DNA of 32,000 bases from an archaeon (lineage in GTDB: Archaea > Iainarchaeota > Iainarchaeia > Iainarchaeales > 1-14-0-10-31-34), in assembly GCA_024277355.1 (NCBI GenBank), contig JAJRVL010000004.1:480001-512000 (forward strand). Reading direction: 5' to 3'. The notes beneath the pieces were generated by a model, which was not told the DNA's origin, made no database searches, and saw nothing but the letters and a program-made list of their open reading frames with translations. This document shows, in pieces, positions 9,336 to 18,237 of the stretch; position 1 is the first letter of the stretch; every line of letters begins with the position of its first letter. Both the position numbers and the translations under genes were made by a program.

Positions 9336-10652
9336 TTATTCCTTTTCTTTGAAGTCTATTACTTTTCCTTTTGTATTTAATTTGAAGTCAAATGGTTCTT
9401 TGTTTATAAATACAACAGCAACCCATAAATCATCTTTTTTTTCAAGCGAAGTTATTTCAATCTTATTTTTTACTCCTAACTGATCTCCTAAAAATTCAAG
9501 AAGCAAATTAAATATTCTGTTATATTCTTTTTCTTTTTTGTATTTTTCTGATAATCTTTGTTTTTCTTTTTTCATTTTTTTCTTTAATTCTGCTTTTTTT
9601 GGAGCAGTCTTTATTTCAGTTATTTTTGAAACCAATTCAGTCAATGCTTCTTTTCCTTTTGCTTCGTTTTCTACTGCGTGTTTGTCTTTTATCATGCTGT
9701 TTAATGAAAAAATACTTGACTTTTTCTTTTCTTCTTTTTCTTCAAATGAAGAAAGCAAATTCCTTGAAGAAATACTTTGCAGCGGGACAAAAAGTTTTGC
9801 TTTTGATGAAATTTCATTGAAATCTTCTGAAAGGTTTTCCAAAACACTTCTTGTGTTTTTTAATGGAGAATCATTTTTTATTGTTTCAATGAAAAAAACA
9901 TTCTGCCAGGAAATAAGAAAATGCGAAACAAAAGAAGAATAAATTAAAAGCAGTAAAAGAAAAATCATAATATAAAAAATTAATGTAAAAGGGTAAACAA
10001 AAAGCTGGATAAAAGGATTAAAAATAAAAAATAAAACAAGATATGACAGGAAAAAAGTAATATAAGAAAACATCTGCATTGCAAAAACCTGAAATAAAAT
10101 AAAGGTCTTTTTCTGGTAAAACAAAATTAAAGCATCTCTTAAAGAAGTATATGAATCAACTTTTGAGTCAGCAAAAACATAAGATAAAACTGAAGATGTA
10201 ATTGATGAATTAACATTTGGAATAAATCCAATAAAACCTATTACTCCATAAATTTTTTTCATTACATTGGTTGTTTTTGTTTCAAATTCACGAAAATTAT
10301 TTGTTGAAGAAAATTTTTTCTTTATTAAATTAAATCCAAAACTTGCCTGAGTTGAAACAGGAATGTTTCTTCCTGAAATTAACTCTGAAATAACAACAGC
10401 TTCAGATGATCTTAATACATAAAGAATTCTTTTCCTGAAAAAAATCCAGTAAACAAAAAAAACAATTATTCCTATAACTAAAAATACTTCAGTTAAAGGA
10501 GAAGTTAAATTAAAAAAAACAGGAGTTAACACTGCAAACACCGCAATTAATACTGAAAACAAAACAAAATATGCATTTGCAATAATTCTTGCAATAACAA
10601 AAGGAGCAGTCTTAACTGAAATCTTAAATGCTTCTGAAATATAAAGTACCAT
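9336..10652 (-). CDS. Multi-pass membrane protein with charged C-terminal cytoplasmic region
   Basis: 438 aa, at least six hydrophobic segments, lysine/glutamate-rich C-terminal third. No recognised family. Confidence 0.6.
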   Translation of the reverse strand: MVLYISEAFKISVKTAPFVIARIIANAYFVLFSVLIAVFAVLTPVFFNLTSPLTEVFLVIGIIVFFVYWIFFRKRILYVLRSSEAVVISELISGRNIPVSTQASFGFNLIKKKFSSTNNFREFETKTTNVMKKIYGVIGFIGFIPNVNSSITSSVLSYVFADSKVDSYTSLRDALILFYQKKTFILFQVFAMQMFSYITFFLSYLVLFFIFNPFIQLFVYPFTLIFYIMIFLLLLLIYSSFVSHFLISWQNVFFIETIKNDSPLKNTRSVLENLSEDFNEISSKAKLFVPLQSISSRNLLSSFEEKEEKKKSSIFSLNSMIKDKHAVENEAKGKEALTELVSKITEIKTAPKKAELKKKMKKEKQRLSEKYKKEKEYNRIFNLLLEFLGDQLGVKNKIEITSLEKKDDLWVAVVFINKEPFDFKLNTKGKVIDFKEKE

Positions 10653-10687
10653 AAGCTAAATACAGCTTAAAGATATTTAATAATTGC

Positions 10688-10760
10688 TTTTGCATTAAAA
10701 AAACGTTAAATATTTTACCTTAAGAAAATGAAACTTATTTAAACTGCTTTTAATGCAAAA
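10688..10760. promoter_or_regulatory. Candidate operator: perfect 13-bp inverted repeat pair in the divergent promoter region
   Basis: TTTTGCATTAAAA (10688..10700) and its exact reverse complement TTTTAATGCAAAA (10748..10760), upstream of an HTH regulator starting at 10770. TATA-like tttaaa lies near 10738. Confidence 0.45.
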
Positions 10761-10769
10761 TATAACAGC

Positions 10770-11354
10770 ATGGAAATAAGAATAGGAAAAGAAGAATTCA
10801 AAGCATTAAGTTCTGATACAAGAATAAACATAATTAAAATACTTAATACAAGAAATTACACTTTAAGTGAATTAGCAGCAAAACTAAACATGAGTTCTCC
10901 AACCATAAAACAGCATTTAGAAAGATTAGTGAATTCAGATTTAATTGAACAAAAAGACGAAGGAAGAAAATGGAAATATTATTCTTTAACAAGAAAAGGA
11001 AAAAAATTAATTGAACCAGAAGACTCCCATGTACTGATTTTGTTAGGAGCAAGCTTAATTGGATTAATGTTTTTAGTTTACATGTTATTTGGTTCAGGAG
11101 CAGTTTATGCTCCTGCAGGATATAAAATAACACAGGAAATAAGTTCGTTTGATGAAGCTGAAAAAATGATGACCGCTGATAACTCAAGAAATACTTCAGG
11201 AACAGAATTAACAGCAAAAAATAACGTAGCCACTGAAATAAAGAATTCTGAAACAGAAAACACAGGAATAATAACTGCATTGATTTTTGTGTCTTTAATT
11301 ATGGGATTTCTTATTGCAAAAGCATCAGAAAAGAAAAAAATAATCGACAATTAA
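10770..11354 (+). CDS. ArsR-like winged-helix transcriptional regulator with C-terminal transmembrane segments
   Basis: FKALSSDTRINIIKILNTRNYTLSELAAKLNMSSPTIKQHLERLVNSDLIEQKDEGRKWKYYSLTRKGKKLIEP, then TM helices LILLGASLIGLMFLVYMLFG and GIITALIFVSLIMGFLI. Confidence 0.85.
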   Translation: MEIRIGKEEFKALSSDTRINIIKILNTRNYTLSELAAKLNMSSPTIKQHLERLVNSDLIEQKDEGRKWKYYSLTRKGKKLIEPEDSHVLILLGASLIGLMFLVYMLFGSGAVYAPAGYKITQEISSFDEAEKMMTADNSRNTSGTELTAKNNVATEIKNSETENTGIITALIFVSLIMGFLIAKASEKKKIIDN

Positions 11355-11396
11355 CGTGCAAAAAACTATTTAATTTAATTCAAACTTAATTCCGGA

Positions 11397-11951
11397 ATGA
11401 AAAAAGGATTAATCAGTTTTATTATTGTATTAATTTTTATTTTAATTTACTTTAATTTAATTTATTCAGTTAATTCATTTAATTCAAAACAAAATTTTAC
11501 TGAAGCTAACTTAATTGAAATAGAAAACACTTCATTCAGAAGAAACTTAATAGAAAATGCAGTTGACTCATTAATTGAAGAAACAATAAAAAAAGAAATT
11601 GCATTTGGTTCAGATAACCCTAAAATAATAAACAAAAAAATTTCAGGGAAACTAATTGAATTATTCAATGAAATAAGTGAAACTGAATTTAAGGAAATTC
11701 ATTCAGAAAAAAAATACAGTAAAACAGAAATAAAAGGAAAAAAACTTTCAAAAAAATTTATTGAAGAAAACACTAAAATAATTGTTTTTGGTTTAGACAA
11801 CAAACTTTATGAAACAAAATTTATTTACACCGGGGGAGTAAACAAAAACAATTTAATTGGAAGCAGGATAACTGAAAATAATTCAGAACAGAAATTTTTT
11901 ATTCCGGTTGATTATTCCGTTAAAGTGATTTCATTAAGGTTTATTGGATGA
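11397..11951 (+). CDS. Small protein with N-terminal TM helix (candidate pilin-like or secreted protein)
   Basis: MKKGLISFIIVLIFILIYFNLIYSV N-terminus followed by a polar body; first of four tightly packed co-directional small genes. Confidence 0.5.
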   Translation: MKKGLISFIIVLIFILIYFNLIYSVNSFNSKQNFTEANLIEIENTSFRRNLIENAVDSLIEETIKKEIAFGSDNPKIINKKISGKLIELFNEISETEFKEIHSEKKYSKTEIKGKKLSKKFIEENTKIIVFGLDNKLYETKFIYTGGVNKNNLIGSRITENNSEQKFFIPVDYSVKVISLRFIG

Positions 11952-11955
11952 AAAA

Positions 11956-12285
11956 ATGCTTAATTTAGAGGCAATAATTGTACTGTTTGCTTATTTTGTT
12001 TTAATTGGATTATTAGTTAATGCATTAACTAAAGCAAATACTTCTCTTGAAATAAAAACAGATTTTATGGAAGCAAAATCTAATTCACTTAAATGCGGAA
12101 TTACCGCAGATTCAATTTATTCTAATGCAGGCGGAAAAACAAAAATAAACGAAAACTGTTTTATTGAACATGGAAAAATTAAAAGTAAAATTGGAAACCA
12201 GACAACTGAAGAAAGAATTTTATCAGACAAAACATTTAATTCAGGAAATAAAATAGAAATAGGGGTTGAAGAGCATTACAAATAA
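11956..12285 (+). CDS. Small pilin-like protein
   Basis: MLNLEAIIVLFAYFVLIGLLVNAL hydrophobic N-terminus with a Glu at the start of the helix. ATG at 11956 (the track uses TTG at 11944). Confidence 0.5.
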   Translation: MLNLEAIIVLFAYFVLIGLLVNALTKANTSLEIKTDFMEAKSNSLKCGITADSIYSNAGGKTKINENCFIEHGKIKSKIGNQTTEERILSDKTFNSGNKIEIGVEEHYK

Positions 12286-12712
12286 AGGAATTGTTTCAAC
12301 TGACGCAGTAATTGCATTGCTTGCTGTTTTGTTAATGATTTTTTTAATGATTAATTCATTAAATGAAACAATAATAAAAAACAAGGAAACAAAAAACTTG
12401 TTTTATTTAAAATCAAAAGCAGTTTTTTTTGCTGATTCATTAATAAAAAATTCAAATGAAATTAATCCTGAAAAAGGAATTGCATTTTATAACAAAGAAA
12501 AAAAAAGAGTTGAAGAAAATAAAATTGATTTAACTTTGCTGAAAAAAATAAGAAAAGAAAAGTTTACTGAATACTTAAAGGAAATTAAACTTGAATTTGG
12601 AGAAGAAAAAATACAAATAGGAAAAAAAGAAGGCAGCTGTTTTGAAGCAAGAAGGTTTATTTTAACTGAAAAAAAAGAAAAAGGCGTTATTTTTGTTTCT
12701 GCCTGCAATTAA
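12266..12712 (+). CDS. Small pilin-like protein
   Basis: NKGIVSTDAVIALLAVLLMIFLMINS N-terminus. TTG start; overlaps the preceding gene by 20 nt. Confidence 0.5.
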   Translation: MKSITNKGIVSTDAVIALLAVLLMIFLMINSLNETIIKNKETKNLFYLKSKAVFFADSLIKNSNEINPEKGIAFYNKEKKRVEENKIDLTLLKKIRKEKFTEYLKEIKLEFGEEKIQIGKKEGSCFEARRFILTEKKEKGVIFVSACN

Positions 12713-13046
12713 AGGTTTTACGTTTACTTTAGAGGCATTAATCAGCTTAATGCTTCTTGTAATGATTATTTCAATTCCAATAGAAGAAAACAAAAATGAC
12801 TTAGAAAAAATTTATGTTTTGCAGAAAGAAAATGATTTAATTAAAGTCTGGATTAAAACAAAAAATTTTGATGAAAAAGAATTAGAAAAAGATTTTAAAA
12901 AAATGTTTCCTTTTCAGAAAGGAGAAATAATTATTAACGGGAAAAAAACTGAAATTAAAGGAAAAAAAGGAGAAAATGAAATTAAATCAAATGGATTTTA
13001 TTATGAAAATGAATTAAAGAAAATTTCAGTTAAAGTTTTTATTTGA
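12693..13046 (+). CDS. Small pilin-like protein
   Basis: IKGFTFTLEALISLMLLVMIISI N-terminus resembles class III (type IV pilin-like) signals. Non-ATG start; overlaps the preceding gene by 20 nt. Confidence 0.5.
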   Translation: MFLPAIKGFTFTLEALISLMLLVMIISIPIEENKNDLEKIYVLQKENDLIKVWIKTKNFDEKELEKDFKKMFPFQKGEIIINGKKTEIKGKKGENEIKSNGFYYENELKKISVKVFI

Positions 13047-13445
13047 TTTAACTAAAATTCCTTTTTCTGTTTTAGTTAAAACAAAAACTGTTTTTTCATT
13101 TAAATTAATTTCACTGAAAGGAATTGTGTTTAATGGTTCTGAAACAAAAGTTTTCTGTTTATTGTATTTTTCAAGCAAAACAACAACATTTAATTTTTTA
13201 TTTTTATAACTGATTTTCCATTTAAGCAATGGTTTTGCGTTAAGGGTTATTTTTGAGTCATTTGACATTGAATTAAGTTCTCTTGCAGAAACAATAAAAG
13301 AGTCAGAAAAATTTTTTGCTTTAACTGAATCTAAAGCATAAATTCCTGAAAAAAATGTTTTGGAAATCAAAGGAGTAAAAAGCAAAAGAAAAGAAATAAA
13401 AGCAGACATTAATAAAAGAAATTCTAATGAAATCTGTCCTTTCAT
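13026..13445 (-). CDS. Class III signal-peptide (archaeal type IV pilin-like) protein
   Basis: MKGQISLEFLLLMSAFISFLLLFTPL: the GQISLEF motif is typical of archaeal class III signal/pilin N-termini. Confidence 0.75.
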   Translation of the reverse strand: MKGQISLEFLLLMSAFISFLLLFTPLISKTFFSGIYALDSVKAKNFSDSFIVSARELNSMSNDSKITLNAKPLLKWKISYKNKKLNVVVLLEKYNKQKTFVSEPLNTIPFSEINLNEKTVFVLTKTEKGILVKSNKNFN

Positions 13446-13612
13446 TTAATGTCACTTATTTCATCAAAAATTTTGTCTGTTTTCTTTTCTATTACTTCTG
13501 CGCCTTTTGTTCCTGTTTTTTGCAGTTGAGAAACTAAAATTAATGCAATTGCAACAACTGCCGCCAACAAAACAATCATTTCAACTGAAATCTGTGCTTT
13601 TTGTTCAATCAT
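13442..13612 (-). CDS. 56-aa class III signal-peptide (pilin-like) miniprotein, absent from the provided ORF track
   Basis: Manual translation: MIEQKAQISVEMIVLLAAVVAIALILVSQLQKTGTKGAEVIEKKTDKIFDEISDIK*. QISVEMIVLLAAVVAIAL matches the class III signal pattern. Its stop overlaps the start of the 13445 gene as ATGA. Confidence 0.75.
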   Translation of the reverse strand: MIEQKAQISVEMIVLLAAVVAIALILVSQLQKTGTKGAEVIEKKTDKIFDEISDIK

Positions 13613-13727
13613 GAATTAATGCGCTTTCAAAAAGAATAAAAATGATTTTCAACGTTAATTGACGAAAAAAGAAAAAGGTTTTATTAGTTTTCTTGATTTA
13701 ATTATTTATTAACTGATTGTGTTTTTT

Positions 13728-14387
13728 ATGGTTTCAAGAGAAATAAAAGATATTGTAATTGCATGGGTTGCTTTAAGTGTTGCTTTTGGCTTTGTTTTTT
13801 CAGGATTAAATTTGTTTGGAATACTTTCAGGAAGACTTTTTTCAGGAATCCTTTCATTTATTGTGTTACTGCCTGTTTCACTATTTATTGTAGGAACAGC
13901 TTTTGTTTTACACGAATTAGGACACAGAAATGTTGCAAGACATTTTAATTATTTTGCTGAATTCAGAAAATGGGATTCGGGATTAAAAATTGCATTAGGT
14001 TTTGCTTTTTTTATTGGCGCAATTTTTGCTGCACCCGGAGCAGTCTATATTGGTCAGAAAAGAAAAAAGTCATGGGAAGAACAAACAAGATGGGATAATG
14101 AATACCCTGAATACACTAAAGCATCAAATGAAATGGGTTTAATTTCTGTTGCAGGAGTAGTAATTAATATAATTTTAGGATTTATGTTTTTAGGTTTGCT
14201 TTATTTATTTCCTGATTCTTTTTTTAATTTTGTTTTTGAGTTAGGATTTAAAATTAATTTTATTTTAGCTGGATTTAATTTACTGCCTTTTGGCCCTTTA
14301 GACGGAAAAAAAGTAATGCAATGGAATCCATTAATTTGGGGAATTTTATTTATTCCAATTGCATTATGGTATTTTACTTTTTTTTAA
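13728..14387 (+). CDS. M50-family membrane metalloprotease (site-2-protease-like)
   Basis: VLHELGHRNVARHF (HExxH) within a TM helix, C-terminal NLLPFGPLDGKKVMQWN second metal-binding motif, multiple TM helices. Confidence 0.88.
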   Translation: MVSREIKDIVIAWVALSVAFGFVFSGLNLFGILSGRLFSGILSFIVLLPVSLFIVGTAFVLHELGHRNVARHFNYFAEFRKWDSGLKIALGFAFFIGAIFAAPGAVYIGQKRKKSWEEQTRWDNEYPEYTKASNEMGLISVAGVVINIILGFMFLGLLYLFPDSFFNFVFELGFKINFILAGFNLLPFGPLDGKKVMQWNPLIWGILFIPIALWYFTFF

Positions 14388-14388
14388 T

Positions 14389-14465
14389 TAAACTTTTTGA
14401 AATTTTCTTAAAAGTTTATGTTTGCGAAGCAAACCGTTTTTGATTAAACTTTTTCTAAAAGTTTA
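14389..14465. terminator. Convergent-gene intergenic region with three inverted repeats (candidate bidirectional terminator)
   Basis: Arms TAAACTTTT/AAAAGTTTA at 14389..14397/14410..14418 and again at 14445..14453/14457..14465, flanking a GTTTGC-GAA-GCAAAC hairpin (14420..14434). Confidence 0.5.
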
Positions 14466-16829
14466 TTCTACGTAACTTGGCTTAAAAACAGAATAATGTT
14501 GTGAAAATTCATTGTATGCTTCAATTGTTTCTTTTGAAATTGAAGGCCTAATTTTTTTTAATGCTTCCAAGAAATGTTTTAGTTTAACGGGTTTTGTTTC
14601 CATTTTATTTTCAGCTAAAGAAATTAATACTGCTTCTCTTACCAACCCTTCAATGTCAGCTCCACTAAAACCTTCAGTTTTTTTAATTAATTCATCTAAA
14701 TCAACTTCTTTTTCTATTGGAACTTTTTTTAAGTGAATTTTAAATATTTCTTTTCTTGCTTTTTCATCTGGTGCAGGAACTAAAACTAATTTATCTATTC
14801 TTCCGGGCCTTAATAAAGCTGAATCCACTAAATCAGGCCGGTTAGTTGCAGCAATAAAAACAATATCCTTTAATTCTTCTACTCCATCTAATTCAGTTAA
14901 CAACTGATTTAATGCTCGATCTCCTATTCCTGATTCAGTTGAACCTCTTGAAACAGCCAAAGAATCAATTTCATCAAAAAAAACTATTACAGGAGAAACC
15001 TGTCTTGCTTTTTTAAAGATTTTTCTTATTCCCCTTTCTGTTTCTCCAACCCATTTTGAAATTAATTCAGGTCCTTTAATTGAAATAAAATTTGCTTCAG
15101 ATTCATTTGCTACAGCTTTAGCCAATAAAGTTTTGCCTGTTCCTGGCGGACCATATAATAAGACTCCTTTAGGAGATTTAATTCCCATTTTCTTGAATAC
15201 TGAAGGATTTTTTAAAGGCCATTCTACAGCTTGTTTTAATTCATTTTTTACTTCATTTAATGCACCAATATCGCTCCATTTAACAGTTGGAAGTTCAACT
15301 AAAACTTCTCTTAAAGCTGAAGGCTGCATTTCTTTTAATGCTTCATTAAAATCATTCTTATTTACTTCAAGTTTTTCTAAAACTTCAGATGGAATTTTTT
15401 CTTCTTCTAAGTCAATTTCAGGCAAATATCTTCTTAATGCTTTCATTGCAGATTCTTTTGCTAAAGCTTCTAAATCTGCTCCAACAAAACCATGCGTAAT
15501 TGAAGCAAAAGAATCCATAAAAATAGAAAGTAATTGATTAGTTATTTCATTAAATTCTTTTGTAGGAAGCGTCCTAATAAATTCTTTTCTTTCTTTAACT
15601 GAAAGTTCTTCATATTTTTCTTTTAATTCGTTTTTTCTTTTATCTGACATGCTGTCTTTTTTCAATTTACTTAATGCTAAAACAAATGAATCAGTGTCAT
15701 AAGATAAAGCAAGAGGCATTCCCCTTGTATGAATTTGTAAAATATTTTTTCTTCCTTTTTTGTCCGGTACGCCAATCTCAATTTCTCTGTCAAACCTTCC
15801 CGGTCTTCGTAAAGCTTCATCTAAAGAATTAACTCTGTTTGTAGCTGCAATAACAATTACATGTCCTCTTGCTTCCATTCCATCCATTGCAGAAAGTAAT
15901 TGAGCTACAACTCTTCTTTCAACTTCGCCCATAACTTCTTCTCTTTTTGGTGCAATCGCATCAATTTCATCAATAAAAATAATGCTTGGAGCATTTTCTT
16001 CTGCTTCCTTAAAAATTTGTCTTATTCTTTCTTCTGCTTCGCCTACAAATTTACTCATAATACTTGGAGCAGAAACAGGAATAAAATGAGCTTGGGTTTC
16101 ATTTGCTACAGCTTTAGCTAATAAAGTTTTTCCAGTGCCAGGGGGGCCAAATAACAAAACACCTTTAGGAGGATTAATTCCTAATTTATTAAATAATTCC
16201 GGATGACGCATTGGAAGTTCAATCATTTCTCTTACTTTTTTTACTTGTTCATCCATTCCTCCAATATCTTCATAAGCAACACTTGGAACTCCTTCTAATG
16301 CTTCTTTTGCTGGTTCTTCTTTCAAAACAAACTGAGTTAAATCAGTTACTTTAACTATTCCTTTTGGATTTGTATCAATTACATTATAAATAAAACCAGA
16401 ACCAAAAACAGAAATCCAGACATTATCTCCTTTATACAAAGGTCTTCCAATAAAACTTTTTTTTAGTATTCTGTCATAACCTGAAGCAATAATTCTTACT
16501 TCTTGAGTTGGAGCTAAAACAATTTTTTTTGCGTCATTAAAAACTGCTTTTGAAACTTTAACTTTTTCTCCTAAAGAAGCATTACATGAATGCCTGATTA
16601 AAGAATCCATTCTGATTACTCCTCTTCCTTCATCAGAGCTTTTTGCAGGCCAGATTATTGCAGCAGTTTTTTTTCCTGCCTCTAATTCAACTATATCTCC
16701 AGAAGTAACTCCTAAGAATTCTTTTGATGTTCTGTCCAAAGTAATTATTCCTCGGCCTACATGACTTTGGTCTGCATCATGAACTCTTAATTCTAATGAT
16801 TTTTTTTTCTGGTTTCCAATTGAAATCAT
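14463..16829 (-). CDS. Cdc48/VAT-type AAA+ ATPase with two AAA domains
   Basis: N-domain [20 protein letters not shown]1 [23 protein letters not shown]…[17 protein letters not shown]2 [42 protein letters not shown]…[12 protein letters not shown]. Confidence 0.97.
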   Translation of the reverse strand: MISIGNQKKKSLELRVHDADQSHVGRGIITLDRTSKEFLGVTSGDIVELEAGKKTAAIIWPAKSSDEGRGVIRMDSLIRHSCNASLGEKVKVSKAVFNDAKKIVLAPTQEVRIIASGYDRILKKSFIGRPLYKGDNVWISVFGSGFIYNVIDTNPKGIVKVTDLTQFVLKEEPAKEALEGVPSVAYEDIGGMDEQVKKVREMIELPMRHPELFNKLGINPPKGVLLFGPPGTGKTLLAKAVANETQAHFIPVSAPSIMSKFVGEAEERIRQIFKEAEENAPSIIFIDEIDAIAPKREEVMGEVERRVVAQLLSAMDGMEARGHVIVIAATNRVNSLDEALRRPGRFDREIEIGVPDKKGRKNILQIHTRGMPLALSYDTDSFVLALSKLKKDSMSDKRKNELKEKYEELSVKERKEFIRTLPTKEFNEITNQLLSIFMDSFASITHGFVGADLEALAKESAMKALRRYLPEIDLEEEKIPSEVLEKLEVNKNDFNEALKEMQPSALREVLVELPTVKWSDIGALNEVKNELKQAVEWPLKNPSVFKKMGIKSPKGVLLYGPPGTGKTLLAKAVANESEANFISIKGPELISKWVGETERGIRKIFKKARQVSPVIVFFDEIDSLAVSRGSTESGIGDRALNQLLTELDGVEELKDIVFIAATNRPDLVDSALLRPGRIDKLVLVPAPDEKARKEIFKIHLKKVPIEKEVDLDELIKKTEGFSGADIEGLVREAVLISLAENKMETKPVKLKHFLEALKKIRPSISKETIEAYNEFSQHYSVFKPSYVE

Positions 16830-16879
16830 ACAAAAGAAATTAACTGAAATGATTTAAAGGTTAATGAAAAACAAAAGAA

Positions 16880-17437
16880 TTACTTTAATTCATTTTCAAG
16901 TGATTTAACAAAAGAATCAAATAAAATAGTTTTTTCTTTAGCAAGATTTTTTGCTTTATCAGAAAAAAAAGCTTCTTTTAAAAGAAAAGACTTTGTTTTT
17001 TGTTCTTCAAGAAATTTGTTTAAAGGAATTTTTCTTAAATTAAATAAAACTGAATCTTTAATTATTCCAACTGAACTCACTTCATCTAACATATTTAAGT
17101 CATGCACTAAAACTGCTTCAGTTGTTTTAGGTTTTCCTTTAATATCTGATTCTTCAATGCAATGCAGTACTGCATCAATTTTTTCTTTAGGAAAAAGAGA
17201 AGAAACAAGAAATTTCTTTGCAAAATTAAGAGAAGTTTTAGTTAAATCCTGATTAAATTTCAAATGCATTGAAAAACCTGATAAATGAAGTAAAATTCCT
17301 GCAAAAACAATTTCTTCATCAAAAGAAGTTTCTTTTATTTCTTCAAGTAAATCAAAACATCTGTTAATATGCCCTGGTACAAAAAAGTTTTTTGATTCCT
17401 TTTCAATTAATCTTTTTAATTCAGTTTTATTAAACAT
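16880..17437 (-). CDS. HD-domain-like protein, metal site apparently degenerate
   Basis: Pattern GHINRCFDLLEEI … AGILLHLSGF … IDAVLHCIEESDIKGKPKTTEAVLVHDLNMLDEVSSVGI resembles HD hydrolases but with HL in place of HD. Overlaps the upstream gene (TAATG). Confidence 0.5.
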   Translation of the reverse strand: MFNKTELKRLIEKESKNFFVPGHINRCFDLLEEIKETSFDEEIVFAGILLHLSGFSMHLKFNQDLTKTSLNFAKKFLVSSLFPKEKIDAVLHCIEESDIKGKPKTTEAVLVHDLNMLDEVSSVGIIKDSVLFNLRKIPLNKFLEEQKTKSFLLKEAFFSDKAKNLAKEKTILFDSFVKSLENELK

Positions 17438-18237
17438 TAAACCACTATTTCTGATTCCCCTGAAGGAAGCATTGAAATTAATTCATCTAAATCAATGATT
17501 GTATTTAATTTTTCTTCAAATAATTTTTTTAGTTTTTTTCCGATTACTCCTTTAGAGTCTTTCCCTTGTCTTATTTTAAATAAAATTTCTGAATGTTTTT
17601 TTACTGACTCAAAAGGACCTGAAATCACAATAAAATTTTCTTTTTCTTTTTTTATGCCGATTGCAAAATTTAAAGGAGTTTTTTTAAACCAGTTTCTTTC
17701 ACCATAAATCATAAAAGAACCGGTTTTCATTGATTCTCCTGAAACTGCTTTTTTACTTACTTGTTCAGGCAGAACAGAATAAACATCAACAGAAGAAATT
17801 CCTGTTTTCCATGCTTTAGAAAAACAAGCAACAAATTCAGCTGTTTCTTTCATTGAAGTTTCAGGAGAAGAATTATTTATTGCTTTTAACAAACAATGAG
17901 GGCTTCCATGAATTTCTGCATGAAAATATAAATCTGTTTTATCCATGTATTTTTTGATTACTTCTTCATTACTTTTAGTGTCTTTTCCTGCAATAGCTAA
18001 TAAATTATCACTGGTATAAAACCAATGGAATTTTTCAAACCATTGTTTTTTTCTTTTTTTAATTAAAACTTCTTTTTTTTCTGTTGTTTGGTTTTCTTTC
18101 ATTTTACTTAATCTTTTTTCTGTTTCTTTCACTGCTTTTTTTAATCCTTCAAGTTTTTTTTTGTTTTTCTTTGATTTTTGGAAATAAATTGAAGCATTTT
18201 CATTTAAATTTTTATGTAAGTCAATTTCAATTTTCAT
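17437..18237 (-). CDS. Stand-alone coiled-coil + NFACT-R domain protein (Rqc2/Tae2/FbpA C-terminal half)
   Basis: DLHKNLNENASIYFQKSKKNKKKLEGLKKAVKETEKRL … KKRKKQWFEKFHWFYTSDNLLAIAGKDTKSNEEVIKKYMDKTDLYFHAEIHGSPHCLLK. No NFACT-N domain upstream. Confidence 0.85.
   Translation of the reverse strand: MKIEIDLHKNLNENASIYFQKSKKNKKKLEGLKKAVKETEKRLSKMKENQTTEKKEVLIKKRKKQWFEKFHWFYTSDNLLAIAGKDTKSNEEVIKKYMDKTDLYFHAEIHGSPHCLLKAINNSSPETSMKETAEFVACFSKAWKTGISSVDVYSVLPEQVSKKAVSGESMKTGSFMIYGERNWFKKTPLNFAIGIKKEKENFIVISGPFESVKKHSEILFKIRQGKDSKGVIGKKLKKLFEEKLNTIIDLDELISMLPSGESEIVV

Noticed and set aside
9538-9942. Plus-strand ORF (134 aa) opposite the 9336..10652 membrane protein gene
   Set aside because: Ser/Phe-rich antisense of the lysine/glutamate-rich C-terminal region; no independent coding evidence.
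15133-15537. Plus-strand ORFs inside cdc48 (also 14512..14736 and 15900..16121)
   Set aside because: Opposite strand of a highly conserved AAA+ gene with clear Walker motifs; no domain signal of their own.
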